In this document: positions 1 to 10,688 of the stretch, piece after piece
How positions within the stretch are numbered: position 1 is the stretch's first letter
How the letters are laid out: every line of letters begins with the position of its first letter
From: Gammaproteobacteria bacterium
GTDB taxonomy: Bacteria; Pseudomonadota; Gammaproteobacteria; Eutrophobiales; Eutrophobiaceae
Reading direction: 5' to 3'
Length of the DNA: 64,000 nucleotides
Assembly (NCBI GenBank): GCA_965215365.1
Contig: CBDCDS010000003.1
Span: 2,080,001-2,144,000, forward strand
Translations under genes and position numbers: made by a program
Notes under the pieces: generated by a model
Seen by the model: only the letters and a program-made list of their open reading frames with translations
The model's database searches: none
What the model was told of the DNA's origin: nothing

Positions 1-294
1 TTGCTCATCGATTGGCGCTGGGGTGAACGCTATTTTGCAGAGCAACTGCTGGACTATGAACCGGCGAGCAATATCGGTGGCTGGCAATGGGCGGCCGGCA
101 CCGGCACGGATGCTGCGCCCTACTTCAGAATCTTCAATCCATATACCCAGGCCGACAAGTTCGATAAGGACCGAATATATATATGCCGCTGGGTGCCTGA
201 ATACGATTCCCCGGACTATCCGCCTCCTATGGTCGAGCACAAGGCCGCCCGGGAACGGGCCTTGCAGGTTTACCGGCAGGCGTTATCTGCATGA
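1..294 (+). CDS. phrB: Deoxyribodipyrimidine photolyase, C-terminal FAD-binding part (5' end outside window)
   Basis: [40 protein letters not shown] motif typical of class I/III CPD photolyases. Confidence 0.9.
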   Translation: MLIDWRWGERYFAEQLLDYEPASNIGGWQWAAGTGTDAAPYFRIFNPYTQADKFDKDRIYICRWVPEYDSPDYPPPMVEHKAARERALQVYRQALSA

Positions 295-297
295 AAG

Positions 298-1335
298 TTA
301 TGATCTGGTCAGATACAGGTCATTCCGTTGGCGCCGCAGTTCGGCACCTTTCCAGTTTACCCGGGGGCTGGCGTCCGGTCTGGCCTGAATGACATCGCTG
401 AGTATGTGGGACAGGTGGCGGCTGTTGGGTGTGGGCAGGTCGAGTGCCCGGCACCAGTGACGGATCAGGTTTTTCTGTCTGGGCGCCGACAACTCCTGCA
501 CCTGGTCCACCCGCAATGCGTCCGAGTCTGCAGTGGCGCAGTGTTGCAAATCCCGGCGCGCCAGCTCATCGAGCAATTCCTGGGCTTCGGCGCAGGCCTG
601 CGCGGTGCGGCTGACCGGCAGCGCCAGCGCCGGCCACCGGCGCTTCAGCGCCGGCAGCGCCTCGTGGCGCAGGTAGTTGCGGTCAAGCTGTGTATCGGCA
701 TTGGAAGGGTCTTCTATCCAGCACAGGTTATGACGCTGCGCATAGTGCAGCAGTTGCGCGCGGGCATAAGACAGTAACGGACGCGCATGCAACCCCGGGC
801 TGAACTCCCGTAGCGGACGCATGGCCGCCAGCCCCAGCACTCCGGCCCCGCGCAGCAGGCGCAGCAGCAAGGTTTCCAGTTGATCGTCCTGATGATGCGC
901 AGTGAGCAGGACTTCGTCCACAGCCAAAATCTCCCGCAGCGCGCCATAGCGTTTTTCTCTGGCCCAGTTTTCCGGGCTTTCCCGGCCCGGCGCGTTGGCA
1001 TCGACCTCAAGCACTGCCAGTTCCACCTCCAGGGCCTGACAGGTCACCCGGCAATGCCGTGCCCACTCCTGACTGTGCGGGTGGATATTATGGTTCACGT
1101 GCACCGCCCGCACGCGGCAGCCGGTTTCTCGACCCAGGCCGGCCAGCAGATGCAGCAGTACGTGGGAGTCCATGCCGCCGCTGTAGGCGATGAGGTAGCG
1201 GCACCTGTCAGGAAGTGTATCCAGAAAGGTCGTAATACCTTGCTGGCTCAGTTTATTTTTCACAAGCGGCATGAATAACAAGAGCTGGCGCTTTATGGAA
1301 GCAGACGGTAGCGCTTGAGCTGTGCGCGGACTCAA
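298..1335 (-). CDS. tilS: tRNA(Ile)-lysidine synthetase, short form (true start may lie somewhat downstream)
   Basis: AYSGGMDS PP-loop, HVNH, TAHHQDDQLET, DPSN..DRNYLRH motifs; follows accA. Confidence 0.93.
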   Translation of the reverse strand: MSPRTAQALPSASIKRQLLLFMPLVKNKLSQQGITTFLDTLPDRCRYLIAYSGGMDSHVLLHLLAGLGRETGCRVRAVHVNHNIHPHSQEWARHCRVTCQALEVELAVLEVDANAPGRESPENWAREKRYGALREILAVDEVLLTAHHQDDQLETLLLRLLRGAGVLGLAAMRPLREFSPGLHARPLLSYARAQLLHYAQRHNLCWIEDPSNADTQLDRNYLRHEALPALKRRWPALALPVSRTAQACAEAQELLDELARRDLQHCATADSDALRVDQVQELSAPRQKNLIRHWCRALDLPTPNSRHLSHILSDVIQARPDASPRVNWKGAELRRQRNDLYLTRS

Positions 1336-1350
1336 GCGCTTAGTATGGAC

Positions 1351-2322
1351 TCACTCGGAAAAATGCCCATAAGCGCGCAGGCGTTGCTGCCGGCTTGCCA
1401 GCAGCTCAGCAATGCTCAACTGCTTGAGCTCGCGCAGCTGTTGGCCGAGCTGTGTGCCGATGTTGGCGGCGGCGACGTCATAACCCCGGTGGGCGCCACC
1501 CAAAGGCTCATCGATGATGCCATCGATGACATTCAGTTGCCGCAATCTGGCGGCAGTCACTCCCATAGCCTCTGCCGCCTCCCTGGCCCTGGCCGCGTCC
1601 TTCCACAGGATAGAAGCGCAGCCTTCGGGCGATATGACCGAGTAAGTGCTGTATTGCAGCATATTCAACCTGTCGCCGACACCGATAGCCAGCGCCCCGC
1701 CAGAGCCGCCTTCACCGATGACGACGGCGATGATCGGGGTGCGCAGCGCCGACATCACCATCAGGTTCCTGGCGATGGCCTCGCTCTGCCCGCGCTCTTC
1801 GGCGCCGACGCCCGGGTAGGCGCCGGGCGTGTCGATAAAGGTCAGCAGCGGCAATGCAAACCGTTCCGCAAGCTGCATGATACGCAAGGCTTTGCGATAA
1901 CCTTCCGGGCGCGGCATACCGTAATTACGGTAAATACGCGCCTTGATATCACGCCCCTTCTGGTGGCCTATAATTGCCACCGGCTCTCCTGCAAAGCGCG
2001 CGATACCAGCCAGTATCGCAGGGTCGTCGGCAAAGTTGCGGTCGCCGTGCAGTTCGATGAAATCGGTGAAAATCCGGTTGACGTAGTCCAGGGTATAGGG
2101 CCTGAGGGGGTGGCGCGCTAACCGGGCAACCTGCCAGGCGTCAAGACTCGAGAAGATCGAGCGTGTCAGCTCGGTGCTGCGCTTTTGCAGGCGGATAATT
2201 TCATCATGTATGTTCAACTCGCCGTCTTCACTGACGTGGCGCAACTCCTCGATCTTAGCCTCTAGTTCGGCAATAGGCTGCTCAAAATCAAGAAAATTGA
2301 CTGCTTGTTGCGAATCGTTCAC
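1351..2322 (-). CDS. accA: Acetyl-CoA carboxylase carboxyltransferase alpha subunit
   Basis: [38 protein letters not shown]. Confidence 0.97.
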   Translation of the reverse strand: MNDSQQAVNFLDFEQPIAELEAKIEELRHVSEDGELNIHDEIIRLQKRSTELTRSIFSSLDAWQVARLARHPLRPYTLDYVNRIFTDFIELHGDRNFADDPAILAGIARFAGEPVAIIGHQKGRDIKARIYRNYGMPRPEGYRKALRIMQLAERFALPLLTFIDTPGAYPGVGAEERGQSEAIARNLMVMSALRTPIIAVVIGEGGSGGALAIGVGDRLNMLQYSTYSVISPEGCASILWKDAARAREAAEAMGVTAARLRQLNVIDGIIDEPLGGAHRGYDVAAANIGTQLGQQLRELKQLSIAELLASRQQRLRAYGHFSE

Positions 2323-5300
2323 AGTTTTACCCGCTCTGGAAAATCCAGATTAACGTTGGCCGCGCCCAGCATCGCGGCAAGTTCGGCCAGCAATTCATCA
2401 CTGACGGCTACCGTCCAGTCGCGCCCGAACTTCAGGACGGCGCAGATGTTGCCGTCATTATATTCCATTGTCACCGGGTTTGTCCCACTGCCGTAACGCG
2501 ATAAAACTGTTTTCAGTTCGGGCGCTAGCCCGTTGCTCAGCATATTTTTATGAATTTTCAGGCTGACGGACGCAAACTCCCGGCGCAACCGGGCAAGTGA
2601 GAAAACTTCGGCGGCAACAATGGCTACACCCGTTTCGTAATAGCTGTCCTCCACTGCTTCACCTTTTATGATAACCAGTTTATTTTTTTGCAGTAACTCA
2701 CTGTATTTAGAATAGTTTTCACTATATACAGTCACCTGGATGCGGGCTGTTTTGTCATCCAGCACGAGCTCTGCCATGCGTCCCTTGGCACTACTGCGCA
2801 TGCGCACGGTTTCGATATATCCGGCCACGGTCAGCGCCATGCCCGGCTTCACCTTGTGCAGACGGGAGCTGATAAAGGGTGACAGTTCGCGTTCATGGCG
2901 CGTGATGGGATGACCGACTAGGTAAAACCCCAGTGTCTCCTTCTCACCTTGCAGCCGTTCTGAGTCTTCCCAGTCCGGCGCCTGCACATAGGGCGTTTCG
3001 AGCGCGCCGGCAGTCGCAGCCGGCAGGGTCAACAGCTCGGCGCCGAACAGGTCATCCTGACCGGTATCGGCATTGCTGGCATATTGTTCGGCAAACCTGA
3101 GCGCCTTGTCTAGGCTGGCCATAAGCACGCTGCGCGGTTGCTTGAAGTCATCCAGCGCGCCGGCGCGTAGCAGCGCTTCTAGCACTCGCTTGTGGGCGCG
3201 GCGCGTATCAATGCGGCGGCAGAACTCGAACAGGTCGGGGAACTCGCCGTGTTGCGCGCGCGCCTCGCACACGTTGACCAGCGCGGCGCGACCGACGCCC
3301 TTGATGGCACCTAGGCCAAACAGGATGGTCTTGTGGTCCAACACTCTGAACTTGTAGTCGCTGTGATTGATAGAAGGCGGTTTGATGACCAGCTTCATCC
3401 TTCTCAGCTCCTCGAGCAGCCGGACGATCTTGTCCGTATTATTCATATCCGAAGACAGCACTGCGGCCATGAATGCCGCCGGATAATGGGTCTTCAACCA
3501 GGCTGTCTGGTAGGCCAGCAGGGCATAAGCGACCGAGTGAGATTTGTTAAATCCATAACCGGCAAATTTCTCCATCAAATCGAAAATGGAGGTGGCGACC
3601 TGTTGCTTGATTTGATTTTTCAGGGCGCCATTGACAAATATATCCCGTTGCGAGGCCATTTCTTCACGTTTCTTCTTGCCCATGGCGCGGCGCAGCAGAT
3701 CCGCGGCCCCCAAGGTATAACCGCCCAGGATACGCGCGATCTCCATGACCTGCTCCTGATACAGGATGACCCCGTAAGTCGGCTGCAGCACTGGTTCCAG
3801 CGCCGGGTGCGGGTAACGCACCTGCGCCCGGCCCTTCTTGCGATCGATGAAATCATCGACCATGCCCGAATCGAGCGGGCCGGGTCGGAACAAGGCCACC
3901 AGCGCCACCAGATCATCGAATTTATCAGGCTCCAGCCGCTTGATCAGCTTGCGCATACCATCCGATTCCAACTGAAATATGGCCGTGGTGTCGGTGCGCC
4001 GAATGGTGGCGTAGGTGTCGGCGTCGTGCAACGCAATGGCACTGATATCCACACTGGCCTCACCCCTGTCGGCCAGCAACCTGTTTACGTCCTTCACCGC
4101 CCAGTCGATGATGGTGAGGGTACGCAAACCCAAAAAGTCGAACTTGACCAGACCCACGGCTTCCACATCACCCATATCGAACTGGGTTGATGTCACCCGG
4201 GTATTGCGCTCACAGTACAGCGGCAAAAACTCAGTCAAGGGCCGCGGCGCAATGACGATACCGCCGGCGTGCTTGCCGGCGTTGCGCGCCAGTCCTTCCA
4301 GTTTTTTGGCCAGGTCGATGAGTATCTTCACCTCTTCTTCTTCGGCATAGCGTTGCGCCAGCACCGCCTCCGCCGCCAGGGCCTTTTCCAGTGTCATATC
4401 CAGCTCGAACGGGATGAGTTTGGCGATCTTGTCGACGAAGCCGTAGGGGTGTCCCAGCGCCCGGCCGACATCGCGCACCACCGCTTTCGCCTGCATACTG
4501 CCGAACGTGATGATCTGCGAGACCCGTTCACGGCCATAACGTTGAGAGACGTATTCGATGACCTCATCACGCCGCTCCATACAGAAATCCACATCAAAAT
4601 CGGGCAGGGATACCCGTTCGGGATTCAGAAAACGCTCAAATAACAGGTCGTGATAAATGGGGTCCAGGTCGGTGATGCCCAGCACGTAGGCGACCAGTGA
4701 GCCGCCCCCGGAACCGCGTCCCGGGCCGACCGGTATCCCTTGTTGTTTAGCCCAGCGGATGAAATCGGCCACGATGAGAAAATAGCCCGGAAACCCCATC
4801 CTGGTAATCACTTCGAGTTCATCATCCAGGCGTTGGGCATAGCGCTGAGCATCCGGGGTGCGGCCTGAAGCCTGCTGCCCGACGTGCAACTGCGCCAACC
4901 CGGCCTGTGCCTCCCGGCGCAGCCAGGCCGCCTGATCAAATCCTTCCGGCACAGGAAACTCAGGCAGATAATACTGATCAAATTCCAGCTCCAGGTTGCA
5001 ACGCATGGCAATATTGACGCTGTTTTCCACGGCTTCCGGCAGGTCCTGGAACAATTCCCGCATCTGCTCCGGCGTTTTCAGGTATTGTTCGCTGCTGTAG
5101 CCGCGCGGACGTTTGGGGTCGTTGAGGGTATAGCCGTTCTGAATGCAGACCCGGGCTTCATGGGCATTAAAATCGTCGGGGGCCAGGAATCTTGCGTCAT
5201 TGGTCGCCACCAGCGGCAGGTCAAATTCCTCGGCAAGCTCAATGGCATACTGGATATATACTTCCTCTTCTGCGCGCGCGGTGCGCTGTAATTCTAGGTA

Positions 5301-5804
5301 AAATCGTTGCGGAAACAAATTTTGGAAGAATGCCAGTTGCGCCCTGGCCTGCTGCGGCTGGTTATGCAGCAACGCCTGACCGATAGCGCCGTACACCCCC
5401 CCGGACAGGGCGATCAACCCGTGCGCACGCGTCGCCAACCAGTCCCTTTGCACGGCCGGCGTGCGGCCTTGCTGGCCCTCGGTGAAACTCAAGGTGAGCA
5501 ACTGCGACAGATTGTTAAAGCCTTTATGGTCCTGGCATAGCAGCACCAGCCGCTGGTCCTGGTCGGCGCCGTTGTCATCGGTCAGGTTAATTTCCGCGCC
5601 GATAACGGGTTTGATGCCGCGCGCCAAGCATTTACGGTAAAACTTGACCATGGAGAAAACGTTATACAATTCCGTGACCGCCCCGCTCCACATGCCGCCG
5701 GCCGCCAGGGCCTCAACGTAATCATCCACTCGTAACAAACCGTCCACCAGGGAATGTTCGGTGTGCACATGCAGGTGGACAAAGCTGTTTTCTTTCAAGT
5801 CCAT
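2319..5804 (-). CDS. dnaE: DNA polymerase III alpha subunit
   Basis: [14 protein letters not shown] domain, GPGRGSG, PDFDVDF catalytic motif, [11 protein letters not shown]; 1161 aa. Confidence 0.98.
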   Translation of the reverse strand: MDLKENSFVHLHVHTEHSLVDGLLRVDDYVEALAAGGMWSGAVTELYNVFSMVKFYRKCLARGIKPVIGAEINLTDDNGADQDQRLVLLCQDHKGFNNLSQLLTLSFTEGQQGRTPAVQRDWLATRAHGLIALSGGVYGAIGQALLHNQPQQARAQLAFFQNLFPQRFYLELQRTARAEEEVYIQYAIELAEEFDLPLVATNDARFLAPDDFNAHEARVCIQNGYTLNDPKRPRGYSSEQYLKTPEQMRELFQDLPEAVENSVNIAMRCNLELEFDQYYLPEFPVPEGFDQAAWLRREAQAGLAQLHVGQQASGRTPDAQRYAQRLDDELEVITRMGFPGYFLIVADFIRWAKQQGIPVGPGRGSGGGSLVAYVLGITDLDPIYHDLLFERFLNPERVSLPDFDVDFCMERRDEVIEYVSQRYGRERVSQIITFGSMQAKAVVRDVGRALGHPYGFVDKIAKLIPFELDMTLEKALAAEAVLAQRYAEEEEVKILIDLAKKLEGLARNAGKHAGGIVIAPRPLTEFLPLYCERNTRVTSTQFDMGDVEAVGLVKFDFLGLRTLTIIDWAVKDVNRLLADRGEASVDISAIALHDADTYATIRRTDTTAIFQLESDGMRKLIKRLEPDKFDDLVALVALFRPGPLDSGMVDDFIDRKKGRAQVRYPHPALEPVLQPTYGVILYQEQVMEIARILGGYTLGAADLLRRAMGKKKREEMASQRDIFVNGALKNQIKQQVATSIFDLMEKFAGYGFNKSHSVAYALLAYQTAWLKTHYPAAFMAAVLSSDMNNTDKIVRLLEELRRMKLVIKPPSINHSDYKFRVLDHKTILFGLGAIKGVGRAALVNVCEARAQHGEFPDLFEFCRRIDTRRAHKRVLEALLRAGALDDFKQPRSVLMASLDKALRFAEQYASNADTGQDDLFGAELLTLPAATAGALETPYVQAPDWEDSERLQGEKETLGFYLVGHPITRHERELSPFISSRLHKVKPGMALTVAGYIETVRMRSSAKGRMAELVLDDKTARIQVTVYSENYSKYSELLQKNKLVIIKGEAVEDSYYETGVAIVAAEVFSLARLRREFASVSLKIHKNMLSNGLAPELKTVLSRYGSGTNPVTMEYNDGNICAVLKFGRDWTVAVSDELLAELAAMLGAANVNLDFPERVKL

Positions 5805-5812
5805 GGCTGTGT

Positions 5813-5953
5813 TAACCCGCAGGTCTCACCAGGTCGCTTGTTGCATTGTGAAACATGATGGCTTTCAATAAGTTATAGTAATACTTCTGCTCTTTCCACA
5901 TAACCCACTGCGCTTGATGCGCCCTCGCTGGTCTTGGTGCTGCCTGCGGGTTA
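5813..5953 (-). mobile_element. MITE family A, internally shortened copy (141 bp)
   Basis: Ends TAACCCGCAG...CTGCGGGTTA; body is the reverse complement of the right ~60% of the 54871-55115 element. Confidence 0.85.
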
Positions 5954-5958
5954 TAATT

Positions 5959-6537
5959 CTATGTCTTTGGAGCGACTGATAACAAGCGCTGTACCGGCGC
6001 GAAGCTGTGGCGGTGGATTGGACAGGGGCCGAGTTCGGCCAGGGCCTGCAGGTGTTGCCGGGTCGGATAACCCTTGTGCCGCGCCAAGCCATAGCCCGGG
6101 TAGCGCTGCTCCATTGCCAGCAGCTCCCGGTCCCGGCAAACCTTTGCTAGGATTGAAGCCGCGCTGATGCAGGATTCGGTTTTATCACCCTGTACAATGG
6201 CGCTGACCGGATAACAGGTAACGGGACAATGGTTGCCGTCCACCAGCACCTGCGCCGGCGCTACGGTCAAGCCGGCGATAGCTCGTTGCATGGCCAGCAG
6301 GCTGGCATTCAGTATATTCAAGCGGTCAATCTCCCCCGGGTCGGCGCGACCGATTGACCAGGCCCGCGCCCGCGCCTGAATTTGCACAGCCAGCCGCTCC
6401 CGTCGCGCAGCCGATAACAGCTTGGAATCGGCCAGCCCGGCAATGCTGTTGCGCTCATTGAGTATCACCGCCGCGGCAACAACGGGGCCCGCCAGCGCCC
6501 CCCTGCCCGCCTCGTCAACGCCGGCCGTCAACATCAT
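5959..6537 (-). CDS. rnhB: Ribonuclease HII
   Basis: [40 protein letters not shown]. Confidence 0.97.
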   Translation of the reverse strand: MMLTAGVDEAGRGALAGPVVAAAVILNERNSIAGLADSKLLSAARRERLAVQIQARARAWSIGRADPGEIDRLNILNASLLAMQRAIAGLTVAPAQVLVDGNHCPVTCYPVSAIVQGDKTESCISAASILAKVCRDRELLAMEQRYPGYGLARHKGYPTRQHLQALAELGPCPIHRHSFAPVQRLLSVAPKT

Positions 6538-7654
6538 CGATCAGGTCCAGCACTACTTGTGCGGCACCGGCGTCGGCATTGCATAGTAAATGGTGCAACT
6601 CGGTGAAACGACGCATTAAGGATTGCGTCTGCTGCGGATGCTCCAGCCAGTATTGCAGAGCCGGGCCCAGCACCTCCGCCCGACAATCCGACTGGAAATA
6701 TTCGGGCACCAGCCGCGCCTGCGCCAGCAGGTTGGGTAGGGCAACAAATTTTACTCTGAGCAGGGCCCGCAGCAGCCAGTAAGACAGGCTGTGCATACGG
6801 TAAGCCACGACCAGCGGTGTCTTGTGCAGCATGGCTTCCAGGGTAACTGTGCCCGAAGCAACCAGGGCGACATCCGCCGCGGCTAGGGTATCGGCGCTAC
6901 GGTCGCGCACTACCAGCAACTGTATGCCGCGCCGCCGCGCCGTTGTCCGTAGTTGTTGTTCCGCTTCGGCATTGATGGCATTACTGATAAAACAGATCTG
7001 CTCGTGGCGCGCAGCCAGCCAGGCTGCCGCGTCGATAAACGGACGCACCAGCCTGTTTAATTCGTCCGCTCGACTCCCCGGCAACAAGGCAACCGTGAGC
7101 ACGTTGGCCGCCAGCCCCAGACGTCGACGTGCGCCGATTGCGTCCGCTTCCAGCGCTACCTGGCGCGCCAGCGGATGCCCGACATAATGGACACTAACGC
7201 CGCGGTTGCGGAAAAATGCTTCCTCGAAGGGAAACAGAGACAGCAGGCGCTGCGCCGCGCGCTTGATGCCATGGGTCCGCCAGGGCCGCCAGGCCCAGGC
7301 TGTGGGACAGACGTAATGTACTGTTTTAATGCCTTTTTCATGTAGCGTCCGTTCCAGACCAAGGTTGAAATCGGGAGCGTCCACGCCGATAAACACATCT
7401 GGCGGATCACTGCTGAAGTAATCTGCCAGACGGGCGCGCAACCGGCTCAGCTCCCATAACTTCCCCAGCACTTCCACCAATCCCATCACCGCCAGTTTTT
7501 CCATCGGGTACAGCACGTCACAACCTGCCGCGCGCAACGCCGGGCCGCCTATGCCGGTCACCTTGAGGCCGGGCCGCTGCGCCCTGAGGTCTTCAATCAG
7601 CTGCGCGCCCAGAAAATCTCCCGAAGGCTCTGCTGCTACAATGCCGACTTTCAT
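6515..7654 (-). CDS. lpxB: Lipid-A-disaccharide synthase
   Basis: [32 protein letters not shown]; synteny. Confidence 0.96.
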   Translation of the reverse strand: MKVGIVAAEPSGDFLGAQLIEDLRAQRPGLKVTGIGGPALRAAGCDVLYPMEKLAVMGLVEVLGKLWELSRLRARLADYFSSDPPDVFIGVDAPDFNLGLERTLHEKGIKTVHYVCPTAWAWRPWRTHGIKRAAQRLLSLFPFEEAFFRNRGVSVHYVGHPLARQVALEADAIGARRRLGLAANVLTVALLPGSRADELNRLVRPFIDAAAWLAARHEQICFISNAINAEAEQQLRTTARRRGIQLLVVRDRSADTLAAADVALVASGTVTLEAMLHKTPLVVAYRMHSLSYWLLRALLRVKFVALPNLLAQARLVPEYFQSDCRAEVLGPALQYWLEHPQQTQSLMRRFTELHHLLCNADAGAAQVVLDLIDDVDGRR

Positions 7655-8424
7655 CTGACAATCCCGCGCTCGGACTCTTCTATGAAGCGCGCAAACCGGG
7701 CGACTTCCTCGCTCTCGGCGGCCAGCGCGCGCAGTTGCCTCAGTGCGTCTTTCAGTAACAGTCCTTCACGATAAACAATGCGATAAGCTTTCCTGAGCGC
7801 TTGTAGCGCCTGTTCCGAAAACCCGTTGCGCTTGAGGCCCACCCGGTTCAGGCCATTCGGTCTGGCACCGTTGCCGGATACCATCAGATACGGCGGCACA
7901 TCCTTGAGGATGATGGAGGCAATGGCGGCAATGCTGTGGACGCCCACATGGCAAAACTGGTGCACGCCGGTAAACCCCCCCAGTATGGCATAATCATCGA
8001 TATGCACATGACCGGCAAGGGTGGCGTTGTTGGCAAAGACGGTATGGTTACCCACTTGGCAATCATGGGCGATGTGCACGTAAGCCATGATCCAGTTGTC
8101 GTTGCCTATGCGCGTGACGCCGCCGCCCTGTGCAGTGCCGCGGTTAATGCTGCAGAACTCCCGGATAACGTTGTTGGAACCTATCTCAAGAAATGACTCG
8201 GCTTCGCCCCGGTATTTCTTGTCCTGCGGATCATCCCCGATTGAGCAAAACTGAGAGATTCTGCTGGCAGCGCCAATCCGGGTAGGGCCGGTGACGACCG
8301 CATGGGGGGCGATGACACAATCATCATCAATGCAGACCTGATCGCCAATCACAGCATAGGCGCCAATGCTGACCCCGGCTCCAATCTCGGCGCCGGCGTG
8401 CACTTTAGCGGTGGCTTCGATCAA
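7651..8424 (-). CDS. lpxA: UDP-N-acetylglucosamine acyltransferase
   Basis: Hexapeptide repeats, PQDKKY, INRGT, HIAHDC, VHQFC. Confidence 0.97.
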   Translation of the reverse strand: MIEATAKVHAGAEIGAGVSIGAYAVIGDQVCIDDDCVIAPHAVVTGPTRIGAASRISQFCSIGDDPQDKKYRGEAESFLEIGSNNVIREFCSINRGTAQGGGVTRIGNDNWIMAYVHIAHDCQVGNHTVFANNATLAGHVHIDDYAILGGFTGVHQFCHVGVHSIAAIASIILKDVPPYLMVSGNGARPNGLNRVGLKRNGFSEQALQALRKAYRIVYREGLLLKDALRQLRALAAESEEVARFARFIEESERGIVR

Positions 8425-8870
8425 GTCTCCCGATCCGCTATGGTTGTCAACAATTCCGTGTCGGCGACGACCACATCATCAACTTTTGCCGTGCAGGAGA
8501 AACGCCAGATATTTCTACGCAAGGCCACAAACCTGACCTCAATCACCAGTTGATCACCCGGTCCCACGGTCTTTCTGAACCGGGCCTTGTCAATACCCAC
8601 CAGATAATACAGTTTGTTCCAGTGTTCGCCGCCCGCCGCCGACAACAGGCCCAGCACTGCGGAGGCCTGCGCCATGGCCTCCACCACGAACACGCCCGGC
8701 ATGATCGGCTGCTGTGGAAAATGCCCCTGGAAGAAGGGCTCATTGACAGTCACGTTCTTGATCGCAGTTAAGGACACGCCCGGCTCATAATCCGTGACTT
8801 TATCCAGCAGCAGCAGCGGATAACGATGCGGCAATGCCTGTTTTATCTGTTCAATATCCAGTTCCGGCAT
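8421..8870 (-). CDS. fabZ: 3-hydroxyacyl-ACP dehydratase
   Basis: [31 protein letters not shown]. Confidence 0.97.
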   Translation of the reverse strand: MPELDIEQIKQALPHRYPLLLLDKVTDYEPGVSLTAIKNVTVNEPFFQGHFPQQPIMPGVFVVEAMAQASAVLGLLSAAGGEHWNKLYYLVGIDKARFRKTVGPGDQLVIEVRFVALRRNIWRFSCTAKVDDVVVADTELLTTIADRET

Positions 8871-8910
8871 AGCAGGGCAATCTTCGTTCTGTGGCTCAAA
8901 ATTGTTTTCA

Positions 8911-8936
8911 GGCCACCTCTAAAAATTAGAGGGGCC
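8911..8936. repeat. Solo terminal hairpin of MITE family B (26 bp)
   Basis: GGCCACCTCTAAAAATTAGAGGGGCC matches the end hairpin of 10534-10683; flanks TTCA/TTTA. Confidence 0.7.
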
Positions 8937-8937
8937 T

Positions 8938-9951
8938 TTATTCTACCAGCTTTTCCAGCCGAAAAACTCTCCTTGCCAGCGCATCGAGTTTTCTGAATCT
9001 CGCCATGTTTTTACGCCAGGTCTGCTGCTCTGTGAGCGGCACGCCAGAGGCATAGGCACCGGGCTGCCGGATGCTGTTGGGCACGCCGGACATGCCGGCG
9101 ATGAGCACGTCATCAGCAATATCAATATGACCGGCGATGGCACTGGCGCCGCCGATCATGCAGCGGCGCCCAAGCGTGACACTGCCGGCAATCACGACGC
9201 CGCCGGCGATGGCGGTATGCTCTCCAATCCGCACATTATGCCCTATCTGCACCTGGTTATCGATTTTCACGCCGGCGCCTATCACGGTATGCTCAAGCGC
9301 GCCGCGATCGATGGTCGTGTTGGCACCGATCTCAACGTCAGCGCCGATAACAACGCTGCCGAGTTGCGGGATTTTCAGCCAGCGCCCGGCATCGTTGGCA
9401 AGGCCAAAGCCATCTGCTCCGATGACTACGCCGGGATGCAGCAATACCCGCTTGCCGAGTTTGGCACCAGCTATTACGGTGACTCCCGGCTGCAGGCGGC
9501 AATGGGTATCGATACTCACGTCGGTGCCAAGCACACAGCCGGGACCGATATAAGTCCCGGCACCGATGCTGACATTGTTGCCGATCACGGTGTTGGCGCC
9601 GACAAAACAGTCGGCGGCGATATCCGAACCGGCGTCAACCACTGCAGTCGGATGAATGCCGGGAGAGAATGGCGCGGGCGGGTGCAATAACGCGGCAGCC
9701 TTGGTATAAGCCAGATAAGGATCTTCGACGATTAAGCTGGCCACAGGACTCGCCGCCGCGGCCGCGGCATTCAACACCACCGCGGCGGCGCGCGTGGCTG
9801 CCAGATCCGCGGCATAACGTTTGTCAGTATAGAAACTGAGCTGGCCCGGCATCGCCCGGCGCAAGCTGGCAACACCGCTTATTTCAACAGCAGGATCGCC
9901 TTGCAGTTGCGCGTCCAGATGCTCGGCAATAGCACCCAGAGTGGACGTCAT
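8938..9951 (-). CDS. lpxD: UDP-3-O-acylglucosamine N-acyltransferase
   Basis: [42 protein letters not shown]. Confidence 0.97.
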   Translation of the reverse strand: MTSTLGAIAEHLDAQLQGDPAVEISGVASLRRAMPGQLSFYTDKRYAADLAATRAAAVVLNAAAAAASPVASLIVEDPYLAYTKAAALLHPPAPFSPGIHPTAVVDAGSDIAADCFVGANTVIGNNVSIGAGTYIGPGCVLGTDVSIDTHCRLQPGVTVIAGAKLGKRVLLHPGVVIGADGFGLANDAGRWLKIPQLGSVVIGADVEIGANTTIDRGALEHTVIGAGVKIDNQVQIGHNVRIGEHTAIAGGVVIAGSVTLGRRCMIGGASAIAGHIDIADDVLIAGMSGVPNSIRQPGAYASGVPLTEQQTWRKNMARFRKLDALARRVFRLEKLVE

Positions 9952-9959
9952 CTGGACTG

Positions 9960-10496
9960 TTACTCCTGAGCGTCCTCAATATTCTTCCCCGAATCATTTT
10001 CCTGTTTTAACTGGTCAATGACCAGCTGCGAGACATCCACCTTGGGACTGGCATAAATCACGCCCTCATTCAAAATCATGTCGAAGCCGTTGGTGCGGGC
10101 GACGGTGTTGATGGCATCGACAATGTCTTTCTGAATTTTTGCGATCTCCTCATTCCGACGAAAGGTCAGGTCCTCGCGAAACTCATCCTGGTTGCGTTTT
10201 AAGTCGCGGCGCGCATTCACTATATCGCGCTCGAGCTTGCTCCGTTCCGCTTCACTCATAATGGGCGCATCCTTGGTCAACCGGTCTTCCATTTCCTTCA
10301 AGGACTTCTGTGCATCGACCAGCTCCCGGTCGCGCGGGGCAAATTCCTTTTCCAGCAGGTTGCGCATTCGCTCGGCCTGGGGCGACTGCTCCAGTATGCG
10401 TATCGCGTTAACGGCACCAATCTTGTAGTCCTCCGCACTCGCGGCGGAGATGAAACAGGCCAGACAAAAACATATCAGGAAACGAATAAGCCTCAT
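9960..10496 (-). CDS. skp: Skp/OmpH periplasmic chaperone
   Basis: Signal peptide, KIGAVN, helical body, GFDMIL..GVIYAS; between bamA and lpxD. Confidence 0.92.
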   Translation of the reverse strand: MRLIRFLICFCLACFISAASAEDYKIGAVNAIRILEQSPQAERMRNLLEKEFAPRDRELVDAQKSLKEMEDRLTKDAPIMSEAERSKLERDIVNARRDLKRNQDEFREDLTFRRNEEIAKIQKDIVDAINTVARTNGFDMILNEGVIYASPKVDVSQLVIDQLKQENDSGKNIEDAQE

Positions 10497-10533
10497 AACG
10501 CTCACAGACTCCAAAAGTTAAAGGGTAACATAA

Positions 10534-10683
10534 GGCCACCTCTATTGATAGAGGTGGCCGTGCAGCATAAGGATATGCTGCCATTTTTAATCACGTAAGT
10601 GATTGAAAATGAAGGAAATGAAAAATCACACTTTTTCATTTCCGTCTCTAAAAATACCACGGAGGGTATTTTTAGAGGTTACC
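10534..10683 (-). mobile_element. MITE family B, cargo-free copy (150 bp) with 4-bp ATAA target duplication
   Basis: Ends GGCCACCTCTA...TAGAGGTTACC with ATAA on both sides; colinear (reverse complement) with 40217-40946 once the inserts there are removed. Confidence 0.85.
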
Positions 10684-10688
10684 ATAAT

